From NCBI GenBank assembly GCA_002633005.1, contig NMRA01000363.1, positions 184,935-248,934 of the forward strand: DNA of 64,000 nucleotides, written 5' to 3'. Both the position numbers and the translations under genes were made by a program. The notes under the pieces were generated by a model. The model ran no database searches, was not told the DNA's origin, and saw only the letters and a program-made list of their open reading frames with translations. Origin of the DNA: Phoronis australis. Taxonomy: Eukaryota; Animalia; Phoronida. Positions 38,317-51,790 of the stretch are shown piece by piece (position 1 is the first letter of the stretch; each line of letters begins with the position of its first letter).

Positions 38317-39895
38317 TTTTTATGTGCCCACATATTTTTATGTGGACGCACAATGACGTCATGTCTGTCCATTTGGCGTCCGTCTGGCGTCCATCTGGCA
38401 TCCGCCCGTCCGGCATTCGCTGCTCTATTCCCAAAACCCTTTGACCTATGGATGGGACGGCATGAGTGAACTTTCTTACGGATCTGATTACCGGTGTGAC
38501 CCTAGTGGCAATTTTAGTTTTTTACATTTACCTCTGTGTCGACAAAGGTCCTTAACCTATTTTCATAAAATTTGGCGGTTTTTGGATGGATTCGACGGAA
38601 GTTTGTGCCACCTACCTAGTGGCCATTTTTACTGTTTTCGAGCCTGTTTTTGGCATCCACCCCTCTATCATCCAAGCTGCTGTATTAGGATGAGTGTGAA
38701 AATTGGCATGTATGTTCTTACTAAGAAGGGGACGACTCAAGATAATTTTCTGATGACTTCGACTACTGTGGTGCCTCCTAGTGGCGGTTTTGTTTTTTTG
38801 CGCCTATGGCTATATCTCCTAAACAGTTTGCAGGATCTTTACTAAATTTAGCAAGTGCATTTATATGATGTTAACAACGGACGTCCACCACTTTTGGACT
38901 GATTTCCGGTGTGCCCCATAGTGGCAGTTTTAATATTTTCTTGTTTACCTCTGTATCTTCGTAGGTCCTCGACAGATTTTCATAAAATATGGCAGTTAGG
39001 CGAGATGACGCTACCCTCTCATTTTCGTATTGATCCGAGGTATTTTGCGCTACCTAGTGGCCATTTTTACTGTTGCCGAATCTGTTTTTGGCGTCTACCG
39101 CTCTTATCAACCAATGGAATGATTCTGGAAAGTGGCATGTATGTTCCTAATGTGAAGAGGGCTGACGATGATTTTCTGGATTACTGTGGCGTCTCCTGGT
39201 GGCAGTTTTTTGTACACCATGGCTGTATGCCCCTAAACTCTCTGCGGAATTTTTTATTAAATTTGGCAAATGTATTTATATGAAGTTGACAATGAAGGAC
39301 GATGACTTTTAGCTGATCTGACTAACACTGTGCGCCCTGGTGCCAGTTTCATTTTTTGTATTTTCCTCTGTTTTTCTTAAGCTGCTTGACAGATTTTTAC
39401 GGAATTTGATAAATAGTTTCTATTGAAATGATGACATGTTCCTGTTTTTGAATGGATTTGTCATATGTTGGCCCATCCGTAGTGGCCATTTTTACTGTTT
39501 TCTAGTCTGTTTTTGACATCCGCCCCTCTGTCAACCAAACCACTGTAAGGATGATTGTGAAAATTTGCATATTTTTTCTTAGTGTAAAGAGGATGGTTGA
39601 TGATGATTTTGCAACGATTTCAATTACTGTGGTGCCTCCTAGTAGCAGATATTTTTGCGACCAATTAGCCTCCTAGTGGCATTTTAGTTTTTTTCTGTTT
39701 TCCTTGATTTCTCAAAAGTTCCATGACACATTTTTATGAAACTTTTTACATAACTTTAATGACATATACCAGTTTTTGGATGGATTCGATGTATTTCGGA
39801 CCATTTAGTGGCTATTTTTATGATAAAAAACCTCGGAAGCACGCTGTTTGCGGTTCATTCTCGGGTGTATTTCAATGCTTGGCATTGCTCTAGTT
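38317..39895 (+). mobile_element. Helentron/HINE-like non-autonomous element, family A, full-length copy
   Basis: 5' T-run plus inverted repeat TGTGCCCACAT...ATGTGGACGCA, then a GTCCG/GTCTG microsatellite and ~10 tandem ~150-bp units. The 3' hairpin CAATGC-TTG-GCATTG is followed by CTCTAGTT. Confidence 0.75.
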
Positions 39896-40654
39896 TGAAT
39901 TTGGAGCTGTAATCTTGTTCCTGGAATTTTAGGTGTCGGCAGATTTTTGAGGCACCTTGTACATAATTGTATATTTTTGTACATCATGAATTGGTAGCTT
40001 GGTAAATAGACAGAGTACTGATATCATAAAACAGCATTTGGGTTAAAGTATCCATTATTTGCGAAAGACAATTGGCCTTGAAAAATGCCAGTTTGGCAGT
40101 TATTTTGTGGGCCATGAGTATAAAATTACTGCACTCTTATGATGTCATTCCTCAGGTCTAGGAAGGTAATAAATCAGACCTTAGCATGAGCTCTGTTTAC
40201 CATTTAATGAGTGCTTTAGAATATGGGTCCTGTGACCACCTACATATTCGCTGCCCACATGTACAAAGGAGACTGTTGTCACAGAGCAACTAACAGAACA
40301 GCTGATTGGGGGGGGGTGGGGAGTGGGGGGGCAAGTGTGTATGTATAAGCATGCACTGAGGCGGAGCAAGTTGACACTGCAGCGGCCAGTTTGATATCGG
40401 TTTCAGAGGTACAGCAAGTTGCGCTCGATCAGTAGCTCCAGTGTCAACTACACGTCTAAACACAACTGGGGCAGGGCGGAAAAGGATCATCTTTCAATGC
40501 ACTTGTGCAGTAGCGTATTATGGGTGATCCGCTGACATTCCACATTGCTTAGACCTTCGCTATTGTTTATGCAAGCATCGCTGACAGTCGTTGTGTAAAT
40601 GACCCTTGCTGATCCAATTTGCGATCTAATCTCATGTAAATACGACTTAAGTGG

Positions 40655-40722
40655 AACAACTCGCACCGTGACAACTCACACCGTGACAACTCACACGGTA
40701 ACAACTCGCACTGTGACAACTG
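40655..40722. repeat. 15-bp tandem repeat (~4 copies)
   Basis: ACAACTC(A/G)CAC(C/T/G)GT(G/A) iterations. Confidence 0.8.
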
Positions 40723-43266
40723 TTCCTTGTGTAAAAACAGCTATTGAAAATGCCAACTAATAGGGGACTGGTGGTGTAATGAAGCTCCTGAAACCTTGTT
40801 ATACTTAGTAGAAATACTGCAAAATTACTTATTGTAGAATAATGATTTTTTGTCAAATATCCATTATTGTGTTTATGACTTTGAAACTAGTGTATGAATT
40901 GAAACTCACACGTTGTTAATACAGTTTCAATTACTAAGAAACAGAAGTTTCTCCGAGAAATGAGTTGACATCACGCGAAAGTAATTACCTGCATGCTCGC
41001 TGTTGCGCAAGCGTAAGTATGATCAGTTCCATCTTGCCACGGTTTCATGTTCAGACATAAAGTTGATGGTAAATGACACGATTGTTACTCTCACCCCAGA
41101 AATTGTCATCAAAATGAACACCGTGGTGACAATTTGTTGTACATCAACTTGTGTCTGGTGTTCCACGTCAGCATTTGTATTGAGAACAAACTGTGTAAAG
41201 ACTCTGAGAGTGCCCTCTAAACGGCTATGATTACCACTTACTAATTCTATGACTGCGTATTTACCAAAATTCGAAACTGAAAAAGCATGCCATCTGGATC
41301 TAGGCCGCACCACAGGGGGCTTAAATCACCGCAAAAAACAAAAATACCCTGATGGCGTTTTTAGTTGTGCTAGGGAGACGGAATGGGTGATTGTGGTTAA
41401 TTGCGTGAAGAGGCACACAAATATTTTGTAAGTTTCAGCAGACGTGTGATGAAGTAGGGCATTCTGATGTTGTGACAAGACGCAGCACAAAGCTTCAGAA
41501 AACAGGATGTTTCCGGTAAAAGGAGATAGTTGGCAAGTATGGATTGTTGAGAGCCCTCCTTATTGAATAGCTAACTTTTCAAATACCCACGCCATACAAA
41601 CCCGCCAGACAGTGATCACGTCTTTGGTTGACAGGGGTTCATTGCCACCGACAGATCCCATGTAGTGCATACGGAGGTTCTTTCAACCTAGTGGTATAAA
41701 CAGTGTTCTGACACATTTCCTATCACAATGCTGGCAAATTTTCACTGATGTGCAGTTGGGTATAGTAATGGCTTATGGAAAAAACGCAAACCTCTTGAAA
41801 TGTGCATAGATGAAGGACATCATGTCCCATAACATTACCTACTGTGATGAAGAATCCATGGCTTCGTTGTTGGTGACTGGCTTCGTGGTTTCTGGTGGCT
41901 GAGACTGATAAAAGTGGTACAATTCCGATCCCTGCCGATTTTGAAAAACTAAAATAATTTAGTGAACTTAACCTTATCAAACAGTGGGAAGGGTTGACAA
42001 TGGGATCCGTTCCTCTACTTTTAAAGTAGAGAACCACAATATGCAGCATTGAAATTCTGGCCACCAAATGTTCAGTCGGCCTCAAGGTTAAGTCGCTTTC
42101 TCGCTCTCATTACTCTAGAGAGTGCCAATATGAAAAGTCCCCTATTCTATATCTTCAACCTGCAAAGTTTCACTTGCAGAAAGTTAAGTTGAATGACCTG
42201 ATGTAGTTAGGTATGGTAGACAAGTGTTTATGTAGTGACAAGTATATTGTTTATTAATGCCAGGATCATTTATAAATTGTTATAATAGTAGGTGCACCCA
42301 GCTCAAATTTTTCCTCTTTGTCATGTCAGAGTGAGACACAATGATAATAAGAAATCAAATAAAATGTAATATCGTCCAGTCACTTCGTAGCTGATAAATA
42401 TGGCAATTTGTCTAGGAAAATGCTGAAATATAATTCTAATGCTGAAAAATTACTTGTTCAAAATGAATCACAATGATGTATTTGTGAGGATTTTAAAAAA
42501 GAAAAGATAACATTTTTGCAATAACTTATGTGGGCATCCGCTTTCTCCTTTTTTGCAATTTGAGAAGGAGACTGGCGCAGACCAGAATCAAATATGCTTT
42601 TTTGGCCTGGAGTCTTTGAGCATAGTTTTAAATAACAGTGATGCTTTCCACTTGATCACTCTGTCAACTGATTGTATTGATTCAAGCAGAGTGCTTGTAT
42701 GAATTATTAACCACAGTCATAGAATTACTTTCATAAATGATAGTCTTAACACTGACTTATGGGTTATACACATAACTGTTGATTTTACGGTCTTTGCGTG
42801 TTTTGGAAAAAGTATCTGTGATTTCTAAAGGATAATTTTTGATCGATAGAACTGGAACTAAAAAACTGAGCATTGTTTTATGGTGTCCTGTTTTTGTTGC
42901 TGGAATCAGTGATATCGTCTACATTCATATTTTTGTACCAGTTATTGATGAATAGCACCAACATGTTCATCCCCAGAAGAATTCATTTGCGTTGCTATGG
43001 GTGAAACCTCCATAAAAAGTAACCCTTTATGTAAAAGTTCCTGGTGTGTTCCTTTTTCTGTTGCTAATTACCTTGAGGGTTTGTCTCTAATTTCTCAGAG
43101 ATAGACTTTGGCCAAAAATGGTACAATACTCCATCTTTGTATGTCTCTGTATTCCAATGCAAGTGTTTCTAAAACACCAAACACCTGACAAATGCATCTC
43201 TGAGAGCGCCTAAGTAACCTTTCCGCGACCCAATAACCATGCTTCCTTTGTATACATAACTATTTA

Positions 43267-43392
43267 CTGTAAACTCATGGGTTAAACGCCCATGCTGACT
43301 TTTGCCAACTGCCTATTGCTCAGTAATCGCCCAAATTCCGTTTTAGGGTTACCCAATTGAAGCACCGAGGACTTTAACCCGCGAGTTTACGG
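43267..43392. mobile_element. 126-bp miniature of the TA-flanked CCGTAAAC family
   Basis: TA-CTGTAAACTCATGGGTTAAACGCCC ... TTAACCCGCGAGTTTACGG-TA. Same termini as 23427-24877, in the opposite orientation. Confidence 0.7.
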
Positions 43393-44671
43393 TAGTCTTA
43401 ATCTTTCCATGAAAAAACTTGTAAATTTTGCTTGACCTCATGAGTGAAGCCTAAATGCAGCATTTTGCCATGGACTTTAATTGTGCATCACTCAATAAAT
43501 ATCCAATGGCAGAACAGTTGTAATTTCACGGTTTATGATAACTGCAAATTATTTTTATTAAAAATTTGTGAAATCCCATAACATCAAATTTTCATGCAAG
43601 ACATAAGTTGAACATACCAGGGAGCGCTAACTTCAGAAACATGCATTTTCCTGAAATGATCTTATGTCCATATAAAGCCCCCATGGTGCTCTTCTGGAAA
43701 ACAGTGCACAACACTTTCGGAAACTTGTATTCCTTAAAGCACAGCTCATTGAGCAGTGGACTTTATGGTAAAATTTCAGTGGTAGATATACATTTAAGTA
43801 GAATGTGATAAAGCAGTAACTTAGTGCTTCATATTTTATAAGAAATAAATGATGAACTAAAATTTCAATTGTCCGACCATATTGTGTTAATATGCTATAA
43901 AAGGGAGTAGGTGACTGCATTTGACCATACAAAATTCAACTGTGTGGTGGTGGCATCAGAGGCGATGATTAGCTCGTTCTGTAGACCTAAATCCCGTTTA
44001 AACTATAAATTTTAATTCGGCTTAAGCCATTTATGGCTCGAGTCATTTTGCGGAGCATGTGAAACAGCACCGGATTAGCTGTAATCGGCTCTAGCCACAC
44101 CCCCTTGAGGAGGAGGATTCAAGTTTTAGCCAATCTACATATCTTTTAAATGTAAACGGGCAGTCTAATCATTTGAATATCTCATCGCAGAACAGCGGTA
44201 GTTTAACGGATGATGGTGGCAGATAATTTGAACTCACCTATTTCAGTCAAAAATAATTAATGAAATTGGTCTTTTCTTTTTTCAAGGGCTCATGACATTA
44301 TGAATGCCCACATTTTCCATAACACTATCTGATGGTAACTGTGGCTTGCAATTCATTCTAACGAAGCCTTTATTTTGTGCAACATTTACTTGTCCGCCAT
44401 ATTGCGTTCTAAATTAATGAGATTTTACCCGATAATAAAGAAGTGGAATGTTTCACCATTCACTTTCTTGAAATCTTTTAATACTATGACTGCGCCTGAT
44501 GTTATGTGCTAAACAGGTAAAAAGTTACTAAAACGTGATAGTCACAAAAACATATGATCAGTTTTTGAAACCCAACCCCGTTAAATTTCCCTTCATGCCG
44601 CAGCTGAATCGTAGTAAGTGGTGCTGACCATTGACCACACTCTTTCGCCATCAGGCAACACCACTATTTTG

Positions 44672-45143
44672 AAACCCTTTCATACCTACGTCGGCACGTT
44701 GAAGTATTGTGAACGATTAACTTCGATCCTGGATCGAAGTTAACAGCAGTAAACAGATGGATTTAACAGCGGAGCGTGGATGCTGCGGTGCAGTATGAAC
44801 GGTCAACTTTTGTCCCATCGAAGTTATCAACAGGTGCCACTGTTACCGTCAACAATTATAGGGCAGTGTCGTCGCTTAAATAGTTGCTTATATTTTGCTC
44901 TAATAATAACCAATTACAAACATTTTTTTGTTAATAAGAAGCACATGTAAATGTTCTCAAATTGTCACATTAAAAAGTCTTAGCGTGCAGCGCCACCTTG
45001 CGATTATTTTGAGTAAAACAGCGTCACCTACCGTTTGCTTTGATGTCCGTTAACTACCAAAGCCGATATCAATGGTTTAGTTAACTTTGCTGTTAACATC
45101 GAGGCTCTGCTCAGACCGGAGTAAAGTCAGTATGAAAGGGTCT
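44672..45143. mobile_element. PIF/Harbinger-like MITE
   Basis: TIR core ACCCTTTCATAC / GTATGAAAGGGT. An internal perfect inverted repeat lies at 44717-44743. Confidence 0.55.
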
Positions 45144-46656
45144 TTGGAGTATACGGTATTACCTGTGTTCTCTAAGTTTATAAAATTGCTGGTTAATACA
45201 ATCTTCATATTCATGATAAATAGTTGCCCAAGGTGACTACGTAGCCTATAAATTCAGGCATGCATGATTTTAATTTTGTTGTTTTTATTAGGTCTGTTAT
45301 TCTGTTTTATGATTGCATTTTACCCAGATGTCTGGAAACATCTGATGAGTTGCAATTCAGTTGTGTTCTCCACAAATGTAAACTCAATTTGTCCAAAGCT
45401 GGAAGCACTGAAATGTCAACAAACATACCTGCCGGTAGTGTGAGGTGCTAGATAATCCCGTCAGTGCAAATGTACTTGCAAGTTGTACATTTGTCCACTT
45501 TGCTTCCCCGTATACTTAAGGGGGTAATGCACAATGCTGCAGAAAAGTGTTATAGTACCTACTATTACCAACGTTAATTCATAGTCAATTACCAGAAAAA
45601 CTAGGCTGTGTCAACTGTTGAAAGTGTGTATTTTTTGAAAGAAGAAAGATCAGGGTTTATAAAAATACACTTTATACTTATGCGGGGGGTGGTGTATTGA
45701 AATGTGTCGCAAGTGCCAACAAACACTGGATGTTTTCTACATTTATTATTGTATGACACCAGTGAAATGTAATAAATTAAACTTGAATTCATCTCATAAT
45801 TTCTGCCTTCAGCACTGCGTGCCTGTAAAATTTTGCTGGCCAGTGAATACTTGGGGATTGGTTGCAAATATGCACTTCATAATCATAAACTAGTTTGAAA
45901 TGACTTGAGATAGCCCATCTTCAAATAGGCACTGAAACGATTTCTTCATTGTAAAGACGAATTATCATACTTCTGAATGAATTTCTCCTCTGTCTCCATC
46001 ACTTAATGAAGGTTTTCAGCTCATTTTCCAAGACATTGCCTTATGTATTGAAGTAGCCTTGGTAATATTATTGTATATAAATGGGAATGTATAAGTGATT
46101 GCCGTTTATAAAGTGCTGTCTTGAATTAACATACTATGTTATTTGTTTTCTATAAATTCAGCATATTGCATCCTGCAATTGAATCATGGGTAATTGAATA
46201 CTTGAGTGTAAAAATATCTTGAGTCTTGTTAGTTGATAATAAATTCAGTATGTAGCAGCTATTATTTACCTATAGTTGTCATTTAACTAAAATTTTGCTA
46301 ATCTGTTGACACCGCAATATCAATTTGTGATTTTGCTCTCAAGTGTTGATAGTAATAGTGGAAATGCGTGCCCCTATGTCTTGTAATTCCAGTATTCAGG
46401 TTCTGTTTGATACTGGTTCGATATTGCTTAATGACTTGAGATGGTGTGTTCATATAGCTGAGTACTGTCAGCTTGCTCATGTGTACACAGTCTTCTTCTG
46501 GCTGCATTGTGTATGCATGGCTTCAACACATGATATACTAGTCAGGTGTATGCAAATGGCTGATCTATAAATATCTCGTATTGACTGCCATTTTCCTAGC
46601 CTTGCCTTACTATGATTCTCAACTAATCAATAAAAAGCACTTTGCTAGGCATATGT

Positions 46657-46669
46657 CTCTCTCTCTCTC

Positions 46670-46720
<51 letters not shown>

Positions 46721-46740
46721 CTCTGTGTGTCTCTCTCTCT
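46657..46740. repeat. (CT)n microsatellite
   Basis: Long CTCTCT run. Confidence 0.97.
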
Positions 46741-47749
46741 ATCACTCTATCTTGGGCCTCTTCGCTTCAGTATCATGCGTTCATGATCACGCTATTATGC
46801 TGGCACGCTGCCTATCAGTCATGGAGAATTTAACGTTAGTAATTTTGTGTGAGACTAGCTTGTGCCTTTGGATGTAGATAATTTTGTTGCACCGAATAAT
46901 GTTGGCAAATCGCAAAATTTCGAACTGGCTGTAAGTCGACTAGATGTTATGCGGCAAAGGTTAGTTCTAGTTATAATGCGTTAATCGGGAGAGCAGAGTA
47001 TAAGGCACTTAAACCCTCATATTCAGTTATTGGATCTGGTCTATCCTCAGAAAGTATTGGAAATCTATAAACTAAGTTAGCAATGTCTTCATTGGGTCTG
47101 TGTTATGAATGCATGCAACTGTGTTTTGTTTTCAGTGCACTGACTAAACGGTTGTCGCTTTTGTTCAGAATAGATTTGATCAATGCGTCTTCGCAGGTGG
47201 TGTACTTTAAGTATTGACATAAGGTGGCACTTTTTTGCCATTTCATACAATTAAACTTAATACCCCCATGTTGAGTTTATGTGTACATTATCGTAGGTGC
47301 AATTTTGCTTAATTGTAGCACTTTAATAGTATTACAAAAATGAAACCGATCCGTTTCATTTCTCGATTATTTTCCAATGTTTTCCGTTGATAAATTGTCA
47401 CAAGATTATACTATGTTATCCAGTATACATTGCGCATATTTAGTGCAATGATTTCTCAGAACTGATTTCTCGGACTCCAGGAAATTGAAGGGAACCTCAG
47501 TATTTGGAAGTGTAGGTCGAATACTGGTATTGTGGAGATTCACCAGAGAGTTTGTGTTTTTCCTTTACCTAAATTTGTTCCGTAAGATTTAGGTGAAAGG
47601 ATGTCAGTAAACCCTGTTTTGTTGATTTTAACCGATCCTCGTTCTGTCACCTGTTAATGCACCACTGTCGTCTCTCTTGAGTGAGACTAAAAACACATAC
47701 TGTCTTAAAGATCGGATATTGCGATTCTTGGTGGGTGGGCTTTCCCTAT

Positions 47750-48063
47750 TATGCCATCCACACATAGACTTACCCCAGAACAAGTTACCCCTGGAACAGG
47801 TAGCTTGCACCACTTATAATTGCTCTGTGGCTGCAGAAGTGGGGTATAATACAGGGGAAGTAATTATCAGCTGGGGTTATACACACATGAGTTTTCTTTT
47901 GCGCGCCATACTCACGTTAGGTGTTCATTGTCTAGCACAGAAAAACAACTTCGGCCTTACCCTAGTTATCGGATTTATGTGTGTGGACGCTGCACTTAAA
48001 AAGTGGGGTAAGTTTCACTAGTGCAAGTAATGTTTTAGAGTAGGCTGTGTGTGGAAGGGACTT
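47750..48063. mobile_element. Degenerate MITE; second copy at ~51475-51790
   Basis: Both loci share TTGCACCACTT(A/G)TAAT...GTGGCTGCA...AAGTAATTATCAGCT...TATGTGTGTGGA...AAAGTGGGG(T/C)AAGTT. Imperfect terminal IR CCATCCACACA / TGTGTGGAAGG. Confidence 0.55.
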
Positions 48064-48350
48064 AACAGGTGTCGTGCAGCTCACCTAATGCCTAGGTCAC
48101 ACTTCTGCGTTTAGCGTCTTTGAAAAGAGATTTCTGATTTTACTCCAAATTTTTTAGGTTTGTTGACAGTTACAGGGAATTATTTTTGTTTCAGAGAACT
48201 AGATGGGAAAGTTTATCTTATTAAATATCTGTTAATAGGTCAAAGTCGGATCTGGTGTCCTCTTAATTTTTGTTGGCCAAGTTCTCACTTCAGATACAGC
48301 CCAGGTGTACACTGTATTCGTATTTCTTTCCTGTATGTGTGCACCAATCC

Positions 48351-49509
48351 TTATTACTTGGCGAAATAAATTACGCCAAGTATGTTGCTCTTCCACTAAG
48401 TTTTTTTTTTTTTTGTTTGCACGATACAGGTCGCAATTTTCGTCCGATCATCACGAAATTTACACACAACACGTACTTCCGGAAGTAGTGGAAGCCTATT
48501 GTTTTTCGTCAAAATCGGATCCAAGATGGCGGCTGTGGCGGCCATTTTGTTTCCATTTAAACGTTCAAATGCTTCTGGAGGCTACAATTTTTTACGTAAA
48601 AGGCTAAGAATCGGCACAGTAAATGGACCTGAAGTTTGCTACAAGTATACCGGAAATTGTTTACTTCCGGTTAAAGATGGCGGAAATATCGGCGATCGCG
48701 CATGCGCACCTCGGTTTTGGCTTAAAAACGTTTTCTCCTCTAGAGGGCGCATTATGGGACCAATTCCTTCGAATTTTTACAGGTATTAGTTTCTTGTAAC
48801 ATGCTATTATACAATGCCAAAAAACCGGAAGTTGCATTCAAGATGGCGGATATGGCGCATATTGACCCATTTTCAGTCTTCTGNNNNNNNNNNNNNNNNN
48901 NNNNNNNNNNNNNNNNNNNNNNNNNNNNNNNNNNNNNNNNNNNNNNNNNNNNNNNNNNNNNNNNNNNNNNNNNNNNNNNNNNNNNNNNNNNNNNNNNNNN
49001 NNNNNNNNNNNNNNNNNNNNNNNNNNNNNNNNNNNNNNNNNNNNNNNNNNNNNNNNNNNNNNNNNNNNNNNNNNNNNNNNNNNNNNNNNNNNNNNNNNNN
49101 NNNNNNNNNNNNNNNNNNNNNNNNNNNNNNNNNNNNNNNNNNNNNNNNNNNNNNNNNNNNNNNNNNNNNNNNNNNNNNNNNNNNNNNNNNNNNNNNNNNN
49201 NNNNNNNNNNNNNNTTCGTCATATGAATGTTGTGATGTTGTTCATCATCGCCACCAACATCATCATATTCGTCATCATCGTCATCATCTTCGTCATCATC
49301 TCCGTCTTTTCCTTAATTTCGCCAAGTGTCGCTCAAGATTAGCCTTTTTCTTACTGATTTCGGACTCCTACATTCGTCATGTGTATGTTATTAACTTCTT
49401 TTGTTCATCCTCGCCACCATCTTCGTCATATTCGTTATCTTCGTCATCATCTTTATCGTCATCTTTTTGGTTAATTTCGCCAAGGTTCGCTCCTCGGAGC
49501 GCTTTCATT
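48351..49509 (+). mobile_element. Helentron/HINE-like non-autonomous element, family B (spans N-gap 48884-49214)
   Basis: 5' TTAT plus inverted repeat TACTTGGCG...CGCCAAGTA. The 3' subTIR TTCGCCAAG and hairpin GCTCC-TC-GGAGC are followed by GCTTTCATT. The same 3' module occurs at 63769-63930. Continuity across the gap is assumed. Confidence 0.6.
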
Positions 49510-51474
49510 ATTCCTTTTTTTCATGTTCCTTGAATGTATCTGGTAAATCTTCTATGACAAGGTGTAACAGATAGGGTCAGCCATTCTGTAATACACAAAA
49601 TACTTAATCATGTTTGTGATGTGCAAGTGTGCAAATATTCTGTCATACATTAAATATACCTTCCATTTGATTTTCAATTATTTCTTGCAACAAAAACACA
49701 TTTTGTAAGAAAAACACGCTAGTGTAGAAGTGGGAATTAACCTTTTGGATTTTGAATCACAGGTGAATTATCAAGTTGTTCCCCCAAAATACTCACAACA
49801 GTGAATGCTATGAGCTGTAGGCCCACAGCCTTGATGGCTCCAGAAGAGGGGCAAATCCAGAAATCTGTTAAATGCAGGGCATTGTTAGTGTTAGCAGAGC
49901 CTGTTGTCCCCTATTAGGACTATCCTGCCTATCATTCACTAGCATAAATACATTAATGTGAACAAGCCATCCAGATTGAATAAATGGTCAACATCTATTC
50001 TGTCCAATTTTAGCTGGAGGGAAAAGGGCAAATTTCAGTCCATGGTTCTGCAATGTATTGAAGCCACATGTTTCATTGCTGTAGAGTTCTCCTTAATGTG
50101 TTGATTGCCCTATTACAAACATACAAGTGGAACTTAGATCAGTGTTCCTGATAAGGAGAATTGATGATGCCAGGAGTTCTTGTACAAATGGACAATATAC
50201 AGGGTTCTCTGAAACAGTTCACATTTCTATCGAGTGTCACTGTGTAATCCAGGATGGCCCTGATTTTTGCAATTAGATTAGAAAACATCATGCATCCATA
50301 TTTGCCATAGTTTGTTCAACTTTCTACTGTTAATGTTGTAGGGCTCGGCTAAGTACTGAACCTTTGCTGGCATTTAAAGGTTGAATATAGTAATTCAACT
50401 AAGAACAATTTGCACCAAGACACCACAAATAAAACAAAAAACTTCTATGAAAATGAGTCAGTAAAATCAGCTGCTGGTCGGAGATTACAGCATTGTGGGT
50501 ATATGGCGCAAGGTTTCAATGCCACCGTGTTAGTTCGGGAGGAATCTATTGTCATTTTGTTGGACAGTGTGATGTTCAAATGATTCACTTAAAAAAGTGC
50601 AACATCACTAATGTGACGTTCACATTTAAGCGGTCTGAATACTTTGAAACCGGTTTTAAAGGTTGTTACTGCAGCGCGGTTGTAACCTTCTGTGGGGGTG
50701 GTTTAGTGAGAGGTTGTGACTGTGACATCTTAGTGTTAACACGGCAGTTGAAAAGGTTTTGACTCTGTAGGTGGCGCTACTGTCAAAATTTTTGGAAACA
50801 TTGTCTTGGAACAATCTGGGGTTAATCTGAAAGTGATAGCACTGGGTACTTGTGACTAAGACAAGGAAATAGGGTTACAACTGTCTATGTGAAACCTAAC
50901 AATGGCATAACAGTTTCAACTATTGAAAGAGTTACAAGCAGGTTTAGATATGGCCTGAACACTGTGAGCTTTATGCCCATGAGTTAAAGATATGTTAACT
51001 CTGCTTGTCTTGACCACCAAAATTTGAAATTGAGTGGGACTTGAGTGCTTTGGGCTCAGATGCATTAACAGTTCATGTCAAATGTTTTCTGATGTTGCAA
51101 CTCAGTGTTGAGGGTACTTATTTAAAGCAGGGATGTACCCAATCTCCTGAAAGAGATGCCAACTTCAAATAATCATAAACAATTCGTATGAAATGATTAA
51201 AAATAATCTGATAAGTGGAAACATCTTGTAGTAAACGTTTGATCTAGTCAGCATTAGTGTAGTGTCTGTCTGAGGCCTTCCAGCAGTTGTCAGTGTAATG
51301 ACCTGAGTCACCTGCTGTTCTTGGAGTGATCACTCTTGGACTGGTGCATACAAGTGACCTGTTGAATGATTTGTTGTTTTCTAGTCTTTAGTGCTGTCCA
51401 GGCACAGACTTACCTGTAATACCCTGGAAGGAGTTGTTGCTAGTTTGGGGGCTGTCTAGATGCTATTTAAATTC

Positions 51475-51790
51475 AGTGCAACTTATATCCCACTATGACA
51501 ACTAACTCCAACTTATCGTAGTAGGGTAACTTGTTCTAGAGAAATTTGCACCACTTGTAATCGTTGTGTGGCTGCAAACCTGGGGCTAGGCGAAAGTAAT
51601 TATCAGCTACGTTCAGACGGGTCTTCGTTTTTGCGCCGTGCATGTTCACATGAGCTGTTTGTTGTCATGCACAGAGCAACATCTTCCACATTGTGCTAGT
51701 TATGAGTGTATGTGTGTGGATGCTCCTCTTAAAGTGGGGCAAGTTGCACTAGTAGAAGTTGTTCTGGGTATGTCTGTATAGACAGGACTT
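51475..51790. mobile_element. Degenerate MITE, same family as 47750-48063
   Basis: Colinear similarity with 47760-48060. Confidence 0.5.

Noticed and set aside
38441-39283. 134-aa and 124-aa ORFs with internal similarity (also 2369-2761 and 63049-63285)
   Set aside because: Chance frames through the tandem units of HINE family A, with no Rep/helicase or transposase motifs.
50148-50156. miR-184 (a neighbour of RASGRF1 in mammals) suggested by CTGATAAGG
   Set aside because: Only a 9-nt match to the 3' half, with no seed and no hairpin. My search of the window was by eye only.
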